Sequence record: NC_029103.1
DNA length: 64,000 nucleotides
Direction: 5' to 3' (one strand)
Below the pieces are notes generated by a model. The model was given only the letters and a program-made list of their open reading frames with translations. It made no database searches and had not been told where the DNA came from. Positions 63,702-64,000 of this stretch are shown in pieces. The position numbers and the translations under genes were made by a program. Position 1 is the first letter of the stretch. Every line of letters begins with the position of its first letter.

Positions 63702-64000
63702 ATGGGGAAAAAGATCGTCTCATTTAGACTAGAACGAAGTGCAGTTGAAGCTATTGAGTTTAAGACTAAGAATAAATCTACGTTCATGAGAGACGCTATA
63801 AACTACCTCCTCCAGGAAGGTATAACAAAGGATGATATCCTAAAAATAGCCTCATCAATCCCGGTAGACGAGAAGAAACAGGTAAGTGTAAAAATTGATG
63901 AAGAGACGTTAGGCAAACTAAAACGGATTGCGGAAGAAAACGGTATACAGGTAAGTGAGCTAGTAAGAATATCAATATGGAAACTCCTCATGAAAGAAGG
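63702..64000 (+). CDS. Tandem ribbon-helix-helix transcription factor, runs off the window end; absent from the ORF track
   Basis: MGKKIVSFRLERS..KSTFMRDAINYLL..KQVSVKIDEETLGKLKRIAEENGIQVSELVRISIWKLL. Confidence 0.8.
   Translation, partial: MGKKIVSFRLERSAVEAIEFKTKNKSTFMRDAINYLLQEGITKDDILKIASSIPVDEKKQVSVKIDEETLGKLKRIAEENGIQVSELVRISIWKLLMKE

Noticed and set aside
1-64000. CRISPR or mini-CRISPR array
   Set aside because: No 24-37-bp repeats at regular ~35-45-bp spacing and no Sulfolobales-type ..ATTGAAAG repeats seen; the palindromes are dispersed and promoter-linked
1-64000. Host chromosome segment, integrated provirus or conjugative plasmid
   Set aside because: No housekeeping, rRNA or tRNA genes, no att junction and no VirB4/TraG-like genes; capsid-type and MoxR-vWA genes point to a virus

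Overview
This window looks like most of the genome of a large spindle-shaped crenarchaeal virus (Bicaudaviridae-like, ATV/STSV/SMV type; host probably Sulfolobales). It is AT-rich, uses archaeal BRE/TATA promoters and contains no cellular housekeeping genes. About 1.3-32 kb is a virion/morphogenesis block: hydrophobic spindle-type capsid protein, two ATV p131-like paralogues, a ~2050-aa helical protein, a triple lectin-like adhesin, a CDC48-like AAA ATPase, a MoxR ATPase-vWA pair and a GT-C glycosyltransferase. About 32-64 kb is accessory: short single-gene units, acidic paralogue families, a tyrosine recombinase, ThyX, a TFB-like protein, a 58-aa aCcr1-like repressor missed by the ORF track, a candidate ring-nuclease anti-CRISPR, a putative origin and an IS200/IS605 element. 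The most striking unannotated structure is regulatory. The palindrome AAACANNTGTTT occurs at least 26 times, almost all at promoters. A second palindrome (consensus CTAAC-NN-GTTAG) pairs with it in a repeated promoter cassette. Six orphan IS605 right-end hairpins are also present. The sequence is an N-rich consensus with many indels, so most frameshifts are probably assembly artefacts. All homology calls are from motif recognition and memory; no searches were run.
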